Of a stretch of DNA of 64,000 nucleotides, positions 38,273 through 47,810 are shown one piece after another. The position numbers were made by a program, and so were the translations under genes. How positions within the stretch are numbered: position 1 is the stretch's first letter; each line of letters starts with the position of its first letter. Where the stretch lies: the NCBI GenBank assembly GCA_045628605.1, contig JAZQPR010000262.1:449-64448 (forward strand). The letters run 5' to 3'. Below the pieces are notes generated by a model. It was given only the letters and a program-made list of their open reading frames with translations, was not told the DNA's origin and searched no databases. This DNA is from Oscillospiraceae bacterium. Lineage in GTDB: Bacteria > Bacillota > Clostridia > Oscillospirales > Ruminococcaceae.

Positions 38273-39841
38273 TTGACAAGAATGAACAAATTTATCGATG
38301 ATTTAAACAGATACGCACTTGAAAAACCGGATTCACCGCTTATTACCATTGACGGTGTTACAGTATCCTACGGCCAGTTTGCAAAAGACATTATTAATAT
38401 TTCATCAGCTCTTTCAGAATTTGGTATTCATGCTGATGAAAAGGTTGGTTTAATCATCCCTAACAGTATTCAGTGGTACAGATTGTTCTGGTCTGCAATA
38501 AAAATAGGTGCTCAGCCTGTTCCGATCGATCCTCAGAGCGGTGAAGTTGAATTAAAGAGACTTATTGATACAGCAGATACAGAAATTTTATTTATTGCTG
38601 ATCATTACAGAAACAATAATATTATTTCAGCAGTGGATAAAGTAGTTGATATGTTTGACTTTGTAAAAAAAGTCGTAGTTATCAGTGATTTTGACAAATC
38701 AAGTGTTTCATCAGAAAAGTTTATGTCCTATGATGAATTTATGGCTTTGGGAAAAGGTGAAGATCTTCCTGTATTCAGTGTTGATTCAACACATGTAATG
38801 TCTCTTGCCTGTACATCAGGAAGTACAGGAAATCCTAAAGTTCTCACTGTTCCTTATGAGGGATTTTATGATGCTATAGTAGATATTTCCGATTACCTTG
38901 GATTTACTTCAGAGGACACAATGATGATAGGCATGCCTCTTTATCATCAGGGCGGTTTCGGAATGGGATCACAGATCGTTGTAAAAGGCGGACATGTTAT
39001 TTATCAGCCTCAGTTTGAACCGATAAATTTCCTGCAGACAGTTGAAAAATATAAAGTAACTGCTATTCAGCTTACTTCAACACTCGCAAAGATCCTTCTC
39101 TCAGTTCCAGATTTTGATTCCTATGATATTTCAGCTGTAAGAGTATGTTATTTTGCAGGTGAAGTTCTTCCTAAGGAAATAGCAGATATTCTCGTAGATA
39201 AATTCGGTATCCGTGTTATTAACGTTATCGGTTCATCAGAAACTGCAACAATGGTAGTCTGGGATTCAGCCAAAGACAGGGAAACAGATCCGAGTGATTT
39301 CAGAGAACTGCCGTTTACAAAAGCCAGAGTTATTGATGAAAATGGTGAAGATGTTGAGGACGGAGTTGCCGGTGAACTTTGCATATATACTTCTGCAGTT
39401 ATATTTAACTACAGAAAAAATCCTTCTGAATCTGAAAAAGTCGTATATTATAATGACAAGCGCTGGTTCAGAACAGGGGATATGACAGTCAGACTTCCTG
39501 ACGGAAGACTTCGTTTTGTAGGAAGAAACAAGCGTATTATTAAACGAGGCGCAAACCTTGTTCATGCTGAGGAAGTTGAAGCTTTTATACTTTCACATCC
39601 AAAAGTTCAGGCATGTGCTGTTACAGCTGAGGATCATCCTGTTATCGGTCAGCAGATAGTTGCATATATTCAGCCTGTAAACCATGAAAATATAACAAGA
39701 GGAGATCTTGCAAGATTCTTCAACGGAAAGCTTTCTGCTTACAAGGTGCCTGATAAAGTAGTTCTTACTGAAGATCTTCCTAAGGATATTGGAAAAATTC
39801 AGTTTAAATATATAAGAAAGGCTGCCGTTGTTAATAAGTAA
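38273..39841 (+). CDS. AMP-dependent synthetase/ligase 1 (adenylate-forming)
   Basis: CTSGSTGNPK, YHQGGFG, GSSET, FRTGDM, C-terminal GKIQFKYIRK. The start is TTG 38273 or ATG 38282. Confidence 0.88.
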   Translation: MTRMNKFIDDLNRYALEKPDSPLITIDGVTVSYGQFAKDIINISSALSEFGIHADEKVGLIIPNSIQWYRLFWSAIKIGAQPVPIDPQSGEVELKRLIDTADTEILFIADHYRNNNIISAVDKVVDMFDFVKKVVVISDFDKSSVSSEKFMSYDEFMALGKGEDLPVFSVDSTHVMSLACTSGSTGNPKVLTVPYEGFYDAIVDISDYLGFTSEDTMMIGMPLYHQGGFGMGSQIVVKGGHVIYQPQFEPINFLQTVEKYKVTAIQLTSTLAKILLSVPDFDSYDISAVRVCYFAGEVLPKEIADILVDKFGIRVINVIGSSETATMVVWDSAKDRETDPSDFRELPFTKARVIDENGEDVEDGVAGELCIYTSAVIFNYRKNPSESEKVVYYNDKRWFRTGDMTVRLPDGRLRFVGRNKRIIKRGANLVHAEEVEAFILSHPKVQACAVTAEDHPVIGQQIVAYIQPVNHENITRGDLARFFNGKLSAYKVPDKVVLTEDLPKDIGKIQFKYIRKAAVVNK

Positions 39842-39936
39842 CAATTTTTTTCGATAGTATTGAATTATCGAAATATTGATGTATAATATAATTATTATTT
39901 ATTTTTTAATTGTAAAAATATTGAAGGAGTTTTATT

Positions 39937-40188
39937 ATGAACAATTTAAATTGGGACGAATTTGCAAAAAATATTTCAGATTATGTAGGAATAGACGCAG
40001 ACAAGATTACAAAGGATACTGATCTTTATGAAGATCTTTGCATGGATTCACTTGGAATCTTCAGCATGGGAATGTTTCTTAACGGTATTTATAAACTTGA
40101 AGTTCCGCTTTCATCTGTAGCTGTTATCAGCAAGGTCGGCGATATGTTCAATCTCTTAAACGAGGAAGGCGTTCCTTCAAATGGCTGA
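39937..40188 (+). CDS. Carrier protein 2 (ACP/PCP-like)
   Basis: 83 aa, LCMDSLGIFSM phosphopantetheine site. Confidence 0.8.
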   Translation: MNNLNWDEFAKNISDYVGIDADKITKDTDLYEDLCMDSLGIFSMGMFLNGIYKLEVPLSSVAVISKVGDMFNLLNEEGVPSNG

Positions 40189-40897
40189 TATTAAATTATG
40201 TTTTTTCCCTCATGCAGGAGGATCTGCGATGGGGTATAAAAACTTTAAAATGTTTCTTGACAGTTCTGTAACTCCGGTTCCGATAGAACCGGCAGGAAGA
40301 GGAACAAGAATTTCTGAAAAGCCGTTTACGGATATCAGAGAATGCGTTGAGGATCTTTTTGAGCATTACAAGGATATCTTCACAGAAGGAAATACAGTTT
40401 TCTTTGGTCACAGCATGGGAAGCTTACTGGCTTATGAACTTATAAAGCTTATGAAAAAGAAAAACTGTCCTTTGCCGATTCATTATTTTTCTTCCGGAAG
40501 AGTATCTTATCCTTCACTTATTCCTGAAAAATTTACAGGACTTTCAAAGCTTGATGATGAAGAATTTCTTTCAAGATTCAGCGAATCAGGCGGATTTCCT
40601 GACATGATACTTAAAAATAAAGATCTTATGGCTATGCTTTTGCCGGTTTTAAGAGCTGACGTAAAAATGGTCGATGATTATGTTCTGGATATGAATGATC
40701 TTGCTGTTGACTGTGATATTACAGTTTTGTACGGAAAAAATGATACAATGTACGATGGCTCAGATTTTGAATCATGGAAGACACTTACCAGAGGCTCATG
40801 CGATATTTATGGATTTAACGGAAACCATTTCTATTTCAGCGAACCAGGTGTAAAAAAAGAATTATGTTCTTTGATCAATAAAATTATCATAAAATAA
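40181..40897 (+). CDS. Type II thioesterase
   Basis: FPHAGGSA, GHSMGSLLAYE, C-terminal GNHFY. 8-nt overlap with the carrier protein gene. Confidence 0.88.
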   Translation: MADIKLCFFPHAGGSAMGYKNFKMFLDSSVTPVPIEPAGRGTRISEKPFTDIRECVEDLFEHYKDIFTEGNTVFFGHSMGSLLAYELIKLMKKKNCPLPIHYFSSGRVSYPSLIPEKFTGLSKLDDEEFLSRFSESGGFPDMILKNKDLMAMLLPVLRADVKMVDDYVLDMNDLAVDCDITVLYGKNDTMYDGSDFESWKTLTRGSCDIYGFNGNHFYFSEPGVKKELCSLINKIIIK

Positions 40898-40917
40898 AAT
40901 TAGGGGGATTAATTATT

Positions 40918-42489
40918 ATGTCAAAAACTTTTAATGAAACATATGCTGATTTTCTGCAGAGATTTGCTGAAGATCATATGGTTGTTGCATGTGACGGAGC
41001 TACTTTAAATGTAAAACAGTTTAAAAACAGAATTGATGAACTTACTGCTCATCTTGCAAAGCTCGGAATCAAGAAGGGAATGGGTGTTGGTTACTGTATA
41101 GATAACTGCTCTGACAATCTTCCTTTATTTATTGCTATAGCAAGACTTGGTGCTTATGCAGTTCCTCAGTTTTTCGGATATCCTGATTTTGTAAAAACCA
41201 ATATGTTCAAAAATACAGGAGTAAAAGTTATTGTTGCTGAAACAGCACAGGCTGAAAGCCTCAAAAAGCTTGCTGAGGAAAACGGTGCTGACTATCAGGT
41301 TACTGTTCTTGGTGAACTCGATGGTTTTTATTCATTAAAGGGTGCATGCAGCGACAATATCAATTTGGATGATGTTGTTGTTAAGAATCCTGAAAAAGAT
41401 CTTCCTTTACTTATTGCTACAAGTTCAGGTACTACAGGTATTCCTAAACTCGTCAGAATCTCACAGGAAAACTTTGGTTCAGAGATCCTTATTGTAGGCG
41501 AAATGGTTACACTCGGCAGAACAGCTGAAAATCCTTATGCTACAGTTGCAGCTGCATTCCCGCTTTCAACTTCAGTTATCAGTATTATTCTCGGAAGCGT
41601 ATTTATTGGTGACTATATGATCTATTCTGCAGATACATCACCTATGACATATCTTAAAAATATACAGGATTACAAGTGTACTTATATGTGTGCACCTCCT
41701 GCATATTATGAAGCACTTCTTATATTCAAGGATAAATGTCCATATGATCTTTCATCTCTCGGTACTGTTGGTGCCGGAATGGACTTCTGTCCTCCTGCTC
41801 TTCTCAGCAGACTCAGAACAATGTTCAAGAACCTTAATCTTTATGTTAACGGATACGGACTTGTTGAGACAAGCAACGTATTTATGCATACAGCAGTTGA
41901 TCTTACAGGCGAGATAACAGGAACCAGCACACTTGATGTTGCCGGATGTGTTGATAATATCATCAAGGTTGTTGATGAAAACGGCAATGAAGTTAATGTC
42001 GGCGAAACAGGTCAGCTGTTAGTCAAAGGTCCAAGCGTTATCAACGGATATCTGAAGGCTGAGAACAATGACTGCTTCGAAGACGGATGGTTCAAATCAG
42101 GCGATATCGTTCGACTCGAAGGTGATAAGAAGATCACACTTCTCGGAAGACAGAAGTACTTTATTAAGAGAGGCGGAAAATCTGTATCTCCAATAGTTGT
42201 TCAGGATGCGATCAACAAGACTCCCGGTATCAAGGCTTCAGGTGTTGTCGGTGCTCCTCATCCGCTTTTCGGTGAAATGATCTGGGCTTTTGTAGTTAAG
42301 GAACAGGGTTCTGAAGTTACTCTTAAAGATATCAAGGCTAAATGTAAAGAAGTACTTCCTGTTTATATGCTTCCTGATCAGGTTGAGTTTATTGATGCAA
42401 TTCCGATGAAAAAAGGTGTCGGAAAAGTTGATTTTGAAACTCTTAAGGAAATGGCAAAACAGGGTGTTGAGAAAATCAATTTTAAATAA
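40918..42489 (+). CDS. AMP-dependent synthetase/ligase 2 (adenylate-forming)
   Basis: TSSGTTGIPK, GYGLVETS, FKSGDIV, GVGKVDF. Confidence 0.88.
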   Translation: MSKTFNETYADFLQRFAEDHMVVACDGATLNVKQFKNRIDELTAHLAKLGIKKGMGVGYCIDNCSDNLPLFIAIARLGAYAVPQFFGYPDFVKTNMFKNTGVKVIVAETAQAESLKKLAEENGADYQVTVLGELDGFYSLKGACSDNINLDDVVVKNPEKDLPLLIATSSGTTGIPKLVRISQENFGSEILIVGEMVTLGRTAENPYATVAAAFPLSTSVISIILGSVFIGDYMIYSADTSPMTYLKNIQDYKCTYMCAPPAYYEALLIFKDKCPYDLSSLGTVGAGMDFCPPALLSRLRTMFKNLNLYVNGYGLVETSNVFMHTAVDLTGEITGTSTLDVAGCVDNIIKVVDENGNEVNVGETGQLLVKGPSVINGYLKAENNDCFEDGWFKSGDIVRLEGDKKITLLGRQKYFIKRGGKSVSPIVVQDAINKTPGIKASGVVGAPHPLFGEMIWAFVVKEQGSEVTLKDIKAKCKEVLPVYMLPDQVEFIDAIPMKKGVGKVDFETLKEMAKQGVEKINFK

Positions 42490-42518
42490 TAGCATGATTT
42501 ATTAAATATTTCAAAAAA

Positions 42519-42551
42519 GTCTCGTATTCATTTGAATATGAGACTTTTTTT
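42519..42551 (+). terminator. Rho-independent terminator ending the biosynthetic operon
   Basis: gtctcgtattca/tgaatatgagac stem followed by T7. Confidence 0.8.
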
Positions 42552-42561
42552 GAAAAAAATG

Positions 42562-42590
42562 ATGACAAAATGATTTTTTTATGATATAAT
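42562..42590 (+). promoter_or_regulatory. Promoter of the mgtE leader
   Basis: ATGACA, 17 nt, TGaTATAAT. Confidence 0.5.
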
Positions 42591-42634
42591 AAACATATTA
42601 GTGGATTATTGATACTTTTTACTATTGAAAGCAG

Positions 42635-42733
42635 AGGTGAGTTAAGTGGATACAGGAGGGCAAAGCAGCACGTACCGAAGTAAGCGGTATTCGTACTGTG
42701 AAATATTGAGATCTTATGTGCATTTAGCTCATG
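42635..42733 (+). promoter_or_regulatory. Structured 5' leader, possible M-box (Mg2+) riboswitch
   Basis: ~245-nt leader before mgtE. AGGTGAG at the 5' side and GTGCATTTAGCTCATG at the 3' side resemble M-box conserved ends, but the core is shorter than the B. subtilis example I recall. Confidence 0.35.
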
Positions 42734-42842
42734 TTAATAATATTATATAATACAGTATGAATACTGTGATCATGACGTTTCGTGTTCTATAAACCCCAAA
42801 TCCTGATTTTGTAAATTAACAAAATGTCTGGAGGATTAGTTT

Positions 42843-44225
42843 ATGAATACCGGAATTATTTCAACTGAAAAAATCGGAAAATTGATCAGTCAAAAGAAGT
42901 ATGCAATACTTCATTCAATTATTTCAGAAGCAGAACCGCAGGATATTGCAGAAATATTTGAATCTTTGACTAAAGAGCAGTATCCGGTTCTTTTCCGTAT
43001 ACTTCCAAAAGAAATCGCAGCAGAAGTATTTGTTGAACTTCCTGCTGAAAAGCAGCAATATCTGATCGAACTTTTCAGTGATTCAGAATTGCGAGCTGTA
43101 CTTGATGAACTGTTTCTTGATGATACAGTAGATATTATTGAAGAAATGCCTGCAACTGTTGTAAAGAGGATACTTGAGAACTCTACAAACAAAAACAGAA
43201 AGTCTATTAATGAACTTTTAAAATATCCTGATGACAGTGCCGGTAGTATTATGACTACAGAATATGTTTGTCTTAAAAGACAATGGACAGTCGATCAGGC
43301 ATTTGCTTTGATCAGAAAAGTTGCAATTGATAAAGAGACTATCTATACCTGTTATGTTACAGATGAAAACAGAAAACTGATCGGAATGATCACAGCTGTA
43401 ACACTTCTGATTTCAGACAGAGATGCTAAAATTCAGGATATTATGGATGATCATGTTATCAGTGTCAGTACTCTTGAGGACCAGGAAGAAGTAACTCAGC
43501 TTATTAAAAAATATGATGTTCTTGCTCTTCCGGTGGTTGATGCAGAAAATCGACTTGTAGGAATCATTACGGTAGATGATGCTATCGATGTAATGCAGGA
43601 TGAGGCAGAGGAAGACTTTGCCAAGATGGCTGCTATTACGCCAAATGAAAAACCATATCTTAAGATGTCAGTACTTGAAATTTGGAAAACAAGAATTCCA
43701 TGGCTTTTATTTCTTATGATTTCTGCCACATTTACAAGTCTTATTTTAAACAGTTTTGAAGATGCACTTGAAAAAATTGTTATTCTTACTTCATATATTC
43801 CAATGCTTATGGATACCGGCGGTAATTCAGGAAGTCAGGCTTCAGTTACTGTAATTCGAGGAATTTCGCTTGGAGAAGTCGGCTTTTCTGATTTGCCTAA
43901 AGTTATCTGGAAAGAATTCAGAACTGCGATACTATGCGGCTTGACTCTTGGAGGAGTATCATTTGTCAAAATTCTTCTTGTTGACAGATGGATTATGGGC
44001 AGTACTGGAATAACATTACTTATAGCCTTTGTAATCTGTCTGACACTGTGCTGTACAATATTATGTGCTAAAATAATTGGCTGTTCGCTGCCTCTTTTAG
44101 CTGAAAAACTTGGTTTTGACCCTGCAGTTATGGCAAGCCCGTTCATTACTACAATAGTCGATGCAGTATCATTGCTTGTTTATATGGGACTTGCAACTGC
44201 ACTTCTTGATCTTGGAGCAGCTTAG
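42843..44225 (+). CDS. mgtE: Magnesium transporter MgtE
   Basis: MgtE N-domain, two CBS modules (LALPVVDAENRLVGIITVDD), TM domain with PMLMDTGGNSGSQ. Confidence 0.92.
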   Translation: MNTGIISTEKIGKLISQKKYAILHSIISEAEPQDIAEIFESLTKEQYPVLFRILPKEIAAEVFVELPAEKQQYLIELFSDSELRAVLDELFLDDTVDIIEEMPATVVKRILENSTNKNRKSINELLKYPDDSAGSIMTTEYVCLKRQWTVDQAFALIRKVAIDKETIYTCYVTDENRKLIGMITAVTLLISDRDAKIQDIMDDHVISVSTLEDQEEVTQLIKKYDVLALPVVDAENRLVGIITVDDAIDVMQDEAEEDFAKMAAITPNEKPYLKMSVLEIWKTRIPWLLFLMISATFTSLILNSFEDALEKIVILTSYIPMLMDTGGNSGSQASVTVIRGISLGEVGFSDLPKVIWKEFRTAILCGLTLGGVSFVKILLVDRWIMGSTGITLLIAFVICLTLCCTILCAKIIGCSLPLLAEKLGFDPAVMASPFITTIVDAVSLLVYMGLATALLDLGAA

Positions 44226-44275
44226 TGCTTTTTAAAAAAATGAATCTATAATTTTATATTATTCGGAGGATACTA

Positions 44276-45172
44276 ATGAGTCTTTTTAATAAACTTTTGA
44301 AAAAAAAACAGGAACTTGAAAAAGAACTTAAAAACAGTAAAGTTGACGATAACAATGAATCAGAAACATCATCAGAAAAAGAGATTTCCGAAACTGATTC
44401 GGATGAAACAGTTTCAGAGTCTTTAACTGATATAACTGATACAAAAGAAAGTGTCAGTGCTTCTTCATCAGAAGATGATTATGATGAAGAAGATGATGAG
44501 GAAGATGATGATGAAGTTTCTGAAGAAGAAGCGCAGGAAACAATCAGAAAAGTAACACAGATCCTGATGGACAACGGTTTTTATTCTTCAGGTGAAGAAA
44601 GTGAGCAGGATGATGCTCTCAAACTTTCAGATGATCCTAATGTCCGTTATCTTCAGGAGAAACTGAGAAATCTTCATATTGACAGAACTCTGTTTATCGT
44701 TCCTGTTACTAAGAAAGGTGATGATCTTTCAAATCCTCTGAACGATCATGTGATTCATATATCATTTAATGCTGCAAAAATGATAGAAAGTGATGATAAA
44801 CCGGAAAATATGGATATTTTGGTAGATATTCCTGCCGGATATTCTCTTCCTGATGAGACGGAACCGGTAACTGAGATGCACCTTCGTACTATAGTAAATC
44901 AAAATGACAATGATTCAACATGGCTTCCTATCTTCTTAAGCTATCAGAATTTTATAAATATGTTTGGCGGCATGTTCAGAATGCAGCTTGTTACATTTAA
45001 GGAAGTTTACAATTTTATTGATTCAGTAAACGGTATAGTTATTGAACCGGGTGCGTTAAATCTTCTTCTTTCCAAGAAAAAGAGAGAACAGTCTGAAAAT
45101 GATAATTCTGAAGATTTGGAAAATGACGATAGTCAGTCAGATGAAAAATCAACAACACTTTATATTGATTAA
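44276..45172 (+). CDS. Acidic hypothetical protein (C-terminal SseB-like region possible)
   Basis: Asp/Glu/Ser low-complexity N-terminal half (DDYDEEDDEEDDDEVSEEE). The C-terminal part (WLPIFLSYQNF...GIVIEPG) is reminiscent of SseB-family proteins. Confidence 0.5.
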   Translation: MSLFNKLLKKKQELEKELKNSKVDDNNESETSSEKEISETDSDETVSESLTDITDTKESVSASSSEDDYDEEDDEEDDDEVSEEEAQETIRKVTQILMDNGFYSSGEESEQDDALKLSDDPNVRYLQEKLRNLHIDRTLFIVPVTKKGDDLSNPLNDHVIHISFNAAKMIESDDKPENMDILVDIPAGYSLPDETEPVTEMHLRTIVNQNDNDSTWLPIFLSYQNFINMFGGMFRMQLVTFKEVYNFIDSVNGIVIEPGALNLLLSKKKREQSENDNSEDLENDDSQSDEKSTTLYID

Positions 45173-45293
45173 TGACACAAAAGCAGAACATTTTGTTCTG
45201 CTTTTTTTCTTGACTATAGTACATTAAAATGTTAAAATATAATTAAAAAGAATTGAATTCGTGCTATTAAATTGGTTATACAGGAGTAAAAAA

Positions 45294-46706
45294 ATGCGTA
45301 AAACAAAAATCATATGTACTATTGGTCCATCATCAGAAAACGAAGAAATACTTACCAAAATGATCGTATCAGGAATGAATGTTGCAAGACTTAATTTTTC
45401 TCACGGAACTCATGAAGATCATCAAAGCAAAATAGATCTGATAAAAAAGGTCAGAGAAGAGCTTGATAAACCGATTGCCATCATGCTTGATACAAAAGGA
45501 CCCGAATACCGAATAAAAACATTTGAAAATCACAGTATTACTTTAAAAGAAGGCGATATTTTCACTTTTACTGTTAATGATGAGATAGGTACAAATGAGC
45601 GAGTATCAGTAAGCTATAAAGATCTTGTAAAAGAAGTAAATGTTGGCGATAAAATCCTTGTAAATAACGGACTTCTGATTTTTGAAGTTAAAGAGGTCAA
45701 AGAGACAGATATTGTTTGTGAGGTAATTGTCGGCGGAGAAATGTCTGATCGAAAGAGCATGAATTTTCCAAATCATGTTATGAAAGGACCTTATTTAAGC
45801 GAGGATGATAAAAAAGATCTTCTCTTTGGAATAAAAAATGATGTGGATTTTGTTGCTGCATCTTTTGTTTCATCCAAAAAAGACATTCGTATGCTCAGAG
45901 ATTTTCTCAATGACAACGGCGGAAAAGATATTGATATTATTGCAAAAATTGAAAACAGGGCAGGCGTTGACAATATTGACGATATCTGTGAGATAGCAGA
46001 CGGAATAATGGTAGCCAGAGGCGACCTTGGAGTTGAAATTCCATTTGTCGAAGTTCCTGCTATCCAGAAATATCTTATTAAAAAATGCCGATTACTTGGA
46101 AAACGTGTAATAACAGCTACTGAAATGCTTGAGTCAATGATCCACAATCCAAGACCAACACGTGCTGAAATATCAGACGTAGCTAATGCTGTTTATGACG
46201 GATCATCGGCCATTATGCTTTCAGGCGAATCAGCATCAGGAAAATATCCTGTTGACGCAGTACGCAATATGGCTGAAATTGCAGAATATACAGAAAAAAT
46301 GATTGATTATTCGAAGCGTTTCAAGACTACAGATTATATTATTAAAAGTAATATAGATGCCGTTTCACATTCAACATGTGCCATGGCTATAGATACAAAT
46401 GCACGCGGTATTGTAATTAGTTCACTGTCGGGAAATACAGTCAGAATGGTAAGCAGATTCAGATGTCCTGTTGATATTATAGGTATGACTACCTCTGAAA
46501 AAGCCTGGAGAAAGTTAAACCTCAGCTGGGGAGTAACTCCTATACTCAGTGAAGAATTTAATTCCGTTGATGTAATGTTCTATCATGCCTTAAGACATGC
46601 AAAATCGGTTTTCCGTCTTGAAAAGGGCGATAATGTAATTCTTACAGGCGGTCAGACAAGCGGAAAGTCAGGAAATACAAATACTATCAGACTGGAAACA
46701 GTATGA
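45294..46706 (+). CDS. pyk: Pyruvate kinase
   Basis: MRKTKIICTIGPSS, NFSHG, MLDTKGPE, MVARGDLGVEIP. ATG 45294 follows AGGAG. Confidence 0.95.
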   Translation: MRKTKIICTIGPSSENEEILTKMIVSGMNVARLNFSHGTHEDHQSKIDLIKKVREELDKPIAIMLDTKGPEYRIKTFENHSITLKEGDIFTFTVNDEIGTNERVSVSYKDLVKEVNVGDKILVNNGLLIFEVKEVKETDIVCEVIVGGEMSDRKSMNFPNHVMKGPYLSEDDKKDLLFGIKNDVDFVAASFVSSKKDIRMLRDFLNDNGGKDIDIIAKIENRAGVDNIDDICEIADGIMVARGDLGVEIPFVEVPAIQKYLIKKCRLLGKRVITATEMLESMIHNPRPTRAEISDVANAVYDGSSAIMLSGESASGKYPVDAVRNMAEIAEYTEKMIDYSKRFKTTDYIIKSNIDAVSHSTCAMAIDTNARGIVISSLSGNTVRMVSRFRCPVDIIGMTTSEKAWRKLNLSWGVTPILSEEFNSVDVMFYHALRHAKSVFRLEKGDNVILTGGQTSGKSGNTNTIRLETV

Positions 46707-46725
46707 AAATGAAAAGGTGATATTT

Positions 46726-47202
46726 ATGACTGACAATACATTTGGAGTAATAGATTTTGATTTTGATTATTGGGAAGGTACTGCAAATATAACTTTTGGC
46801 GGAAAAGATCCGGATGCTTTACTGTATGTATTTGTTAAAGATGACAAGGTTATTGATCCTGTTCAGTATTCTTCATATGCTCGTTTTCTAAGCAGATGGA
46901 GTCTTATTGAAACAGATATCTGGAACAAATTGCTTTCCTATTATCAAATAGAAAGAGATACACTTGGTTTTTCTCAGCATGATAATCCAAATTATCCTGA
47001 GGTGAATACAGTCAATGAACTTATGGATATGGTTGAATTAACTGCTGTAATAGTTCCGACAAAGGAAGTATGCAGTGATATTTATAACGGACGATGCGTT
47101 TATCTGGCATTTGACTGCTCATGGGACGAAGAAAACGGTATCGGTATCAGAATCCTGAATGAAGAAATTGATGATATAGGTCATCAGGATTATGTTTTTT
47201 AA
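46726..47202 (+). CDS. Hypothetical protein, immunity-protein-like
   Basis: 158 aa. The C-terminal CSWDEENGIGIRILNEEIDDIG resembles the WD-EHG-G motif of small immunity-type families (DUF2004/DUF6985-like). From memory only. Confidence 0.45.
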   Translation: MTDNTFGVIDFDFDYWEGTANITFGGKDPDALLYVFVKDDKVIDPVQYSSYARFLSRWSLIETDIWNKLLSYYQIERDTLGFSQHDNPNYPEVNTVNELMDMVELTAVIVPTKEVCSDIYNGRCVYLAFDCSWDEENGIGIRILNEEIDDIGHQDYVF

Positions 47203-47268
47203 ATATTATGTTTAAGGGAGATAATTATGACAGAAAAACTAATCATAGGATATGGGGGACTTTTATAA

Positions 47269-47802
47269 ATGCTCTTTGTTCAGTTTATTAAAATCGATTT
47301 TGCAAGAGACGTAAAATATACCAAGTTTAATGAGACTAAGGATAATTTTAAGTTTTATCCTGTTGATATGCCTGAGGAAGGTATTAATAATGATGTTTTT
47401 TATCACTGTGTTGATTTCAATGAAGATATGAAGGGGTTATATCTTAATATTGATACAGTTACACAGTTTGATATATCCAAGCTGAATAATGGTGATCTTT
47501 CAGCTTCACCTTTTGGAAATAAGGTAAGCGTAAGAAAAACAGCAGATGACAGATTTGAAGTTCATTTTGGAAAAAGGCTCGATCTGAATACTTTTTCTGA
47601 TAAAGCGGTTTTTACTCTCAGTAATGAAAAATACGGCAGAATAATGTATAATGTCCGTATTAATAATCCTGAAACAGGGGAGTGGTGCAGTCAGCTTTTC
47701 GTTTATAATTTTATTCATGCACCGGCTTCGTATTATCGTTACAGAATGTTTATAAACAGAAATCCTGATTTTGAGTTTGTTGATTTTAAACTTGTTAAGT
47801 AA
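47269..47802 (+). CDS. Hypothetical protein (177 aa)
   Basis: ORF followed by a strong terminator. No motif recognised. Confidence 0.5.
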   Translation: MLFVQFIKIDFARDVKYTKFNETKDNFKFYPVDMPEEGINNDVFYHCVDFNEDMKGLYLNIDTVTQFDISKLNNGDLSASPFGNKVSVRKTADDRFEVHFGKRLDLNTFSDKAVFTLSNEKYGRIMYNVRINNPETGEWCSQLFVYNFIHAPASYYRYRMFINRNPDFEFVDFKLVK

Positions 47803-47810
47803 ATAAAAAA

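Noticed and set aside
30641-42489. The operon, considered as the housekeeping type II fatty-acid synthase.
   Set aside because: It lacks FabH, FabG, FabZ, FabI/K and Acc genes. It contains two adenylating enzymes, two thioesterases and a second carrier protein, which fits secondary rather than primary metabolism. This still needs the whole genome to confirm.
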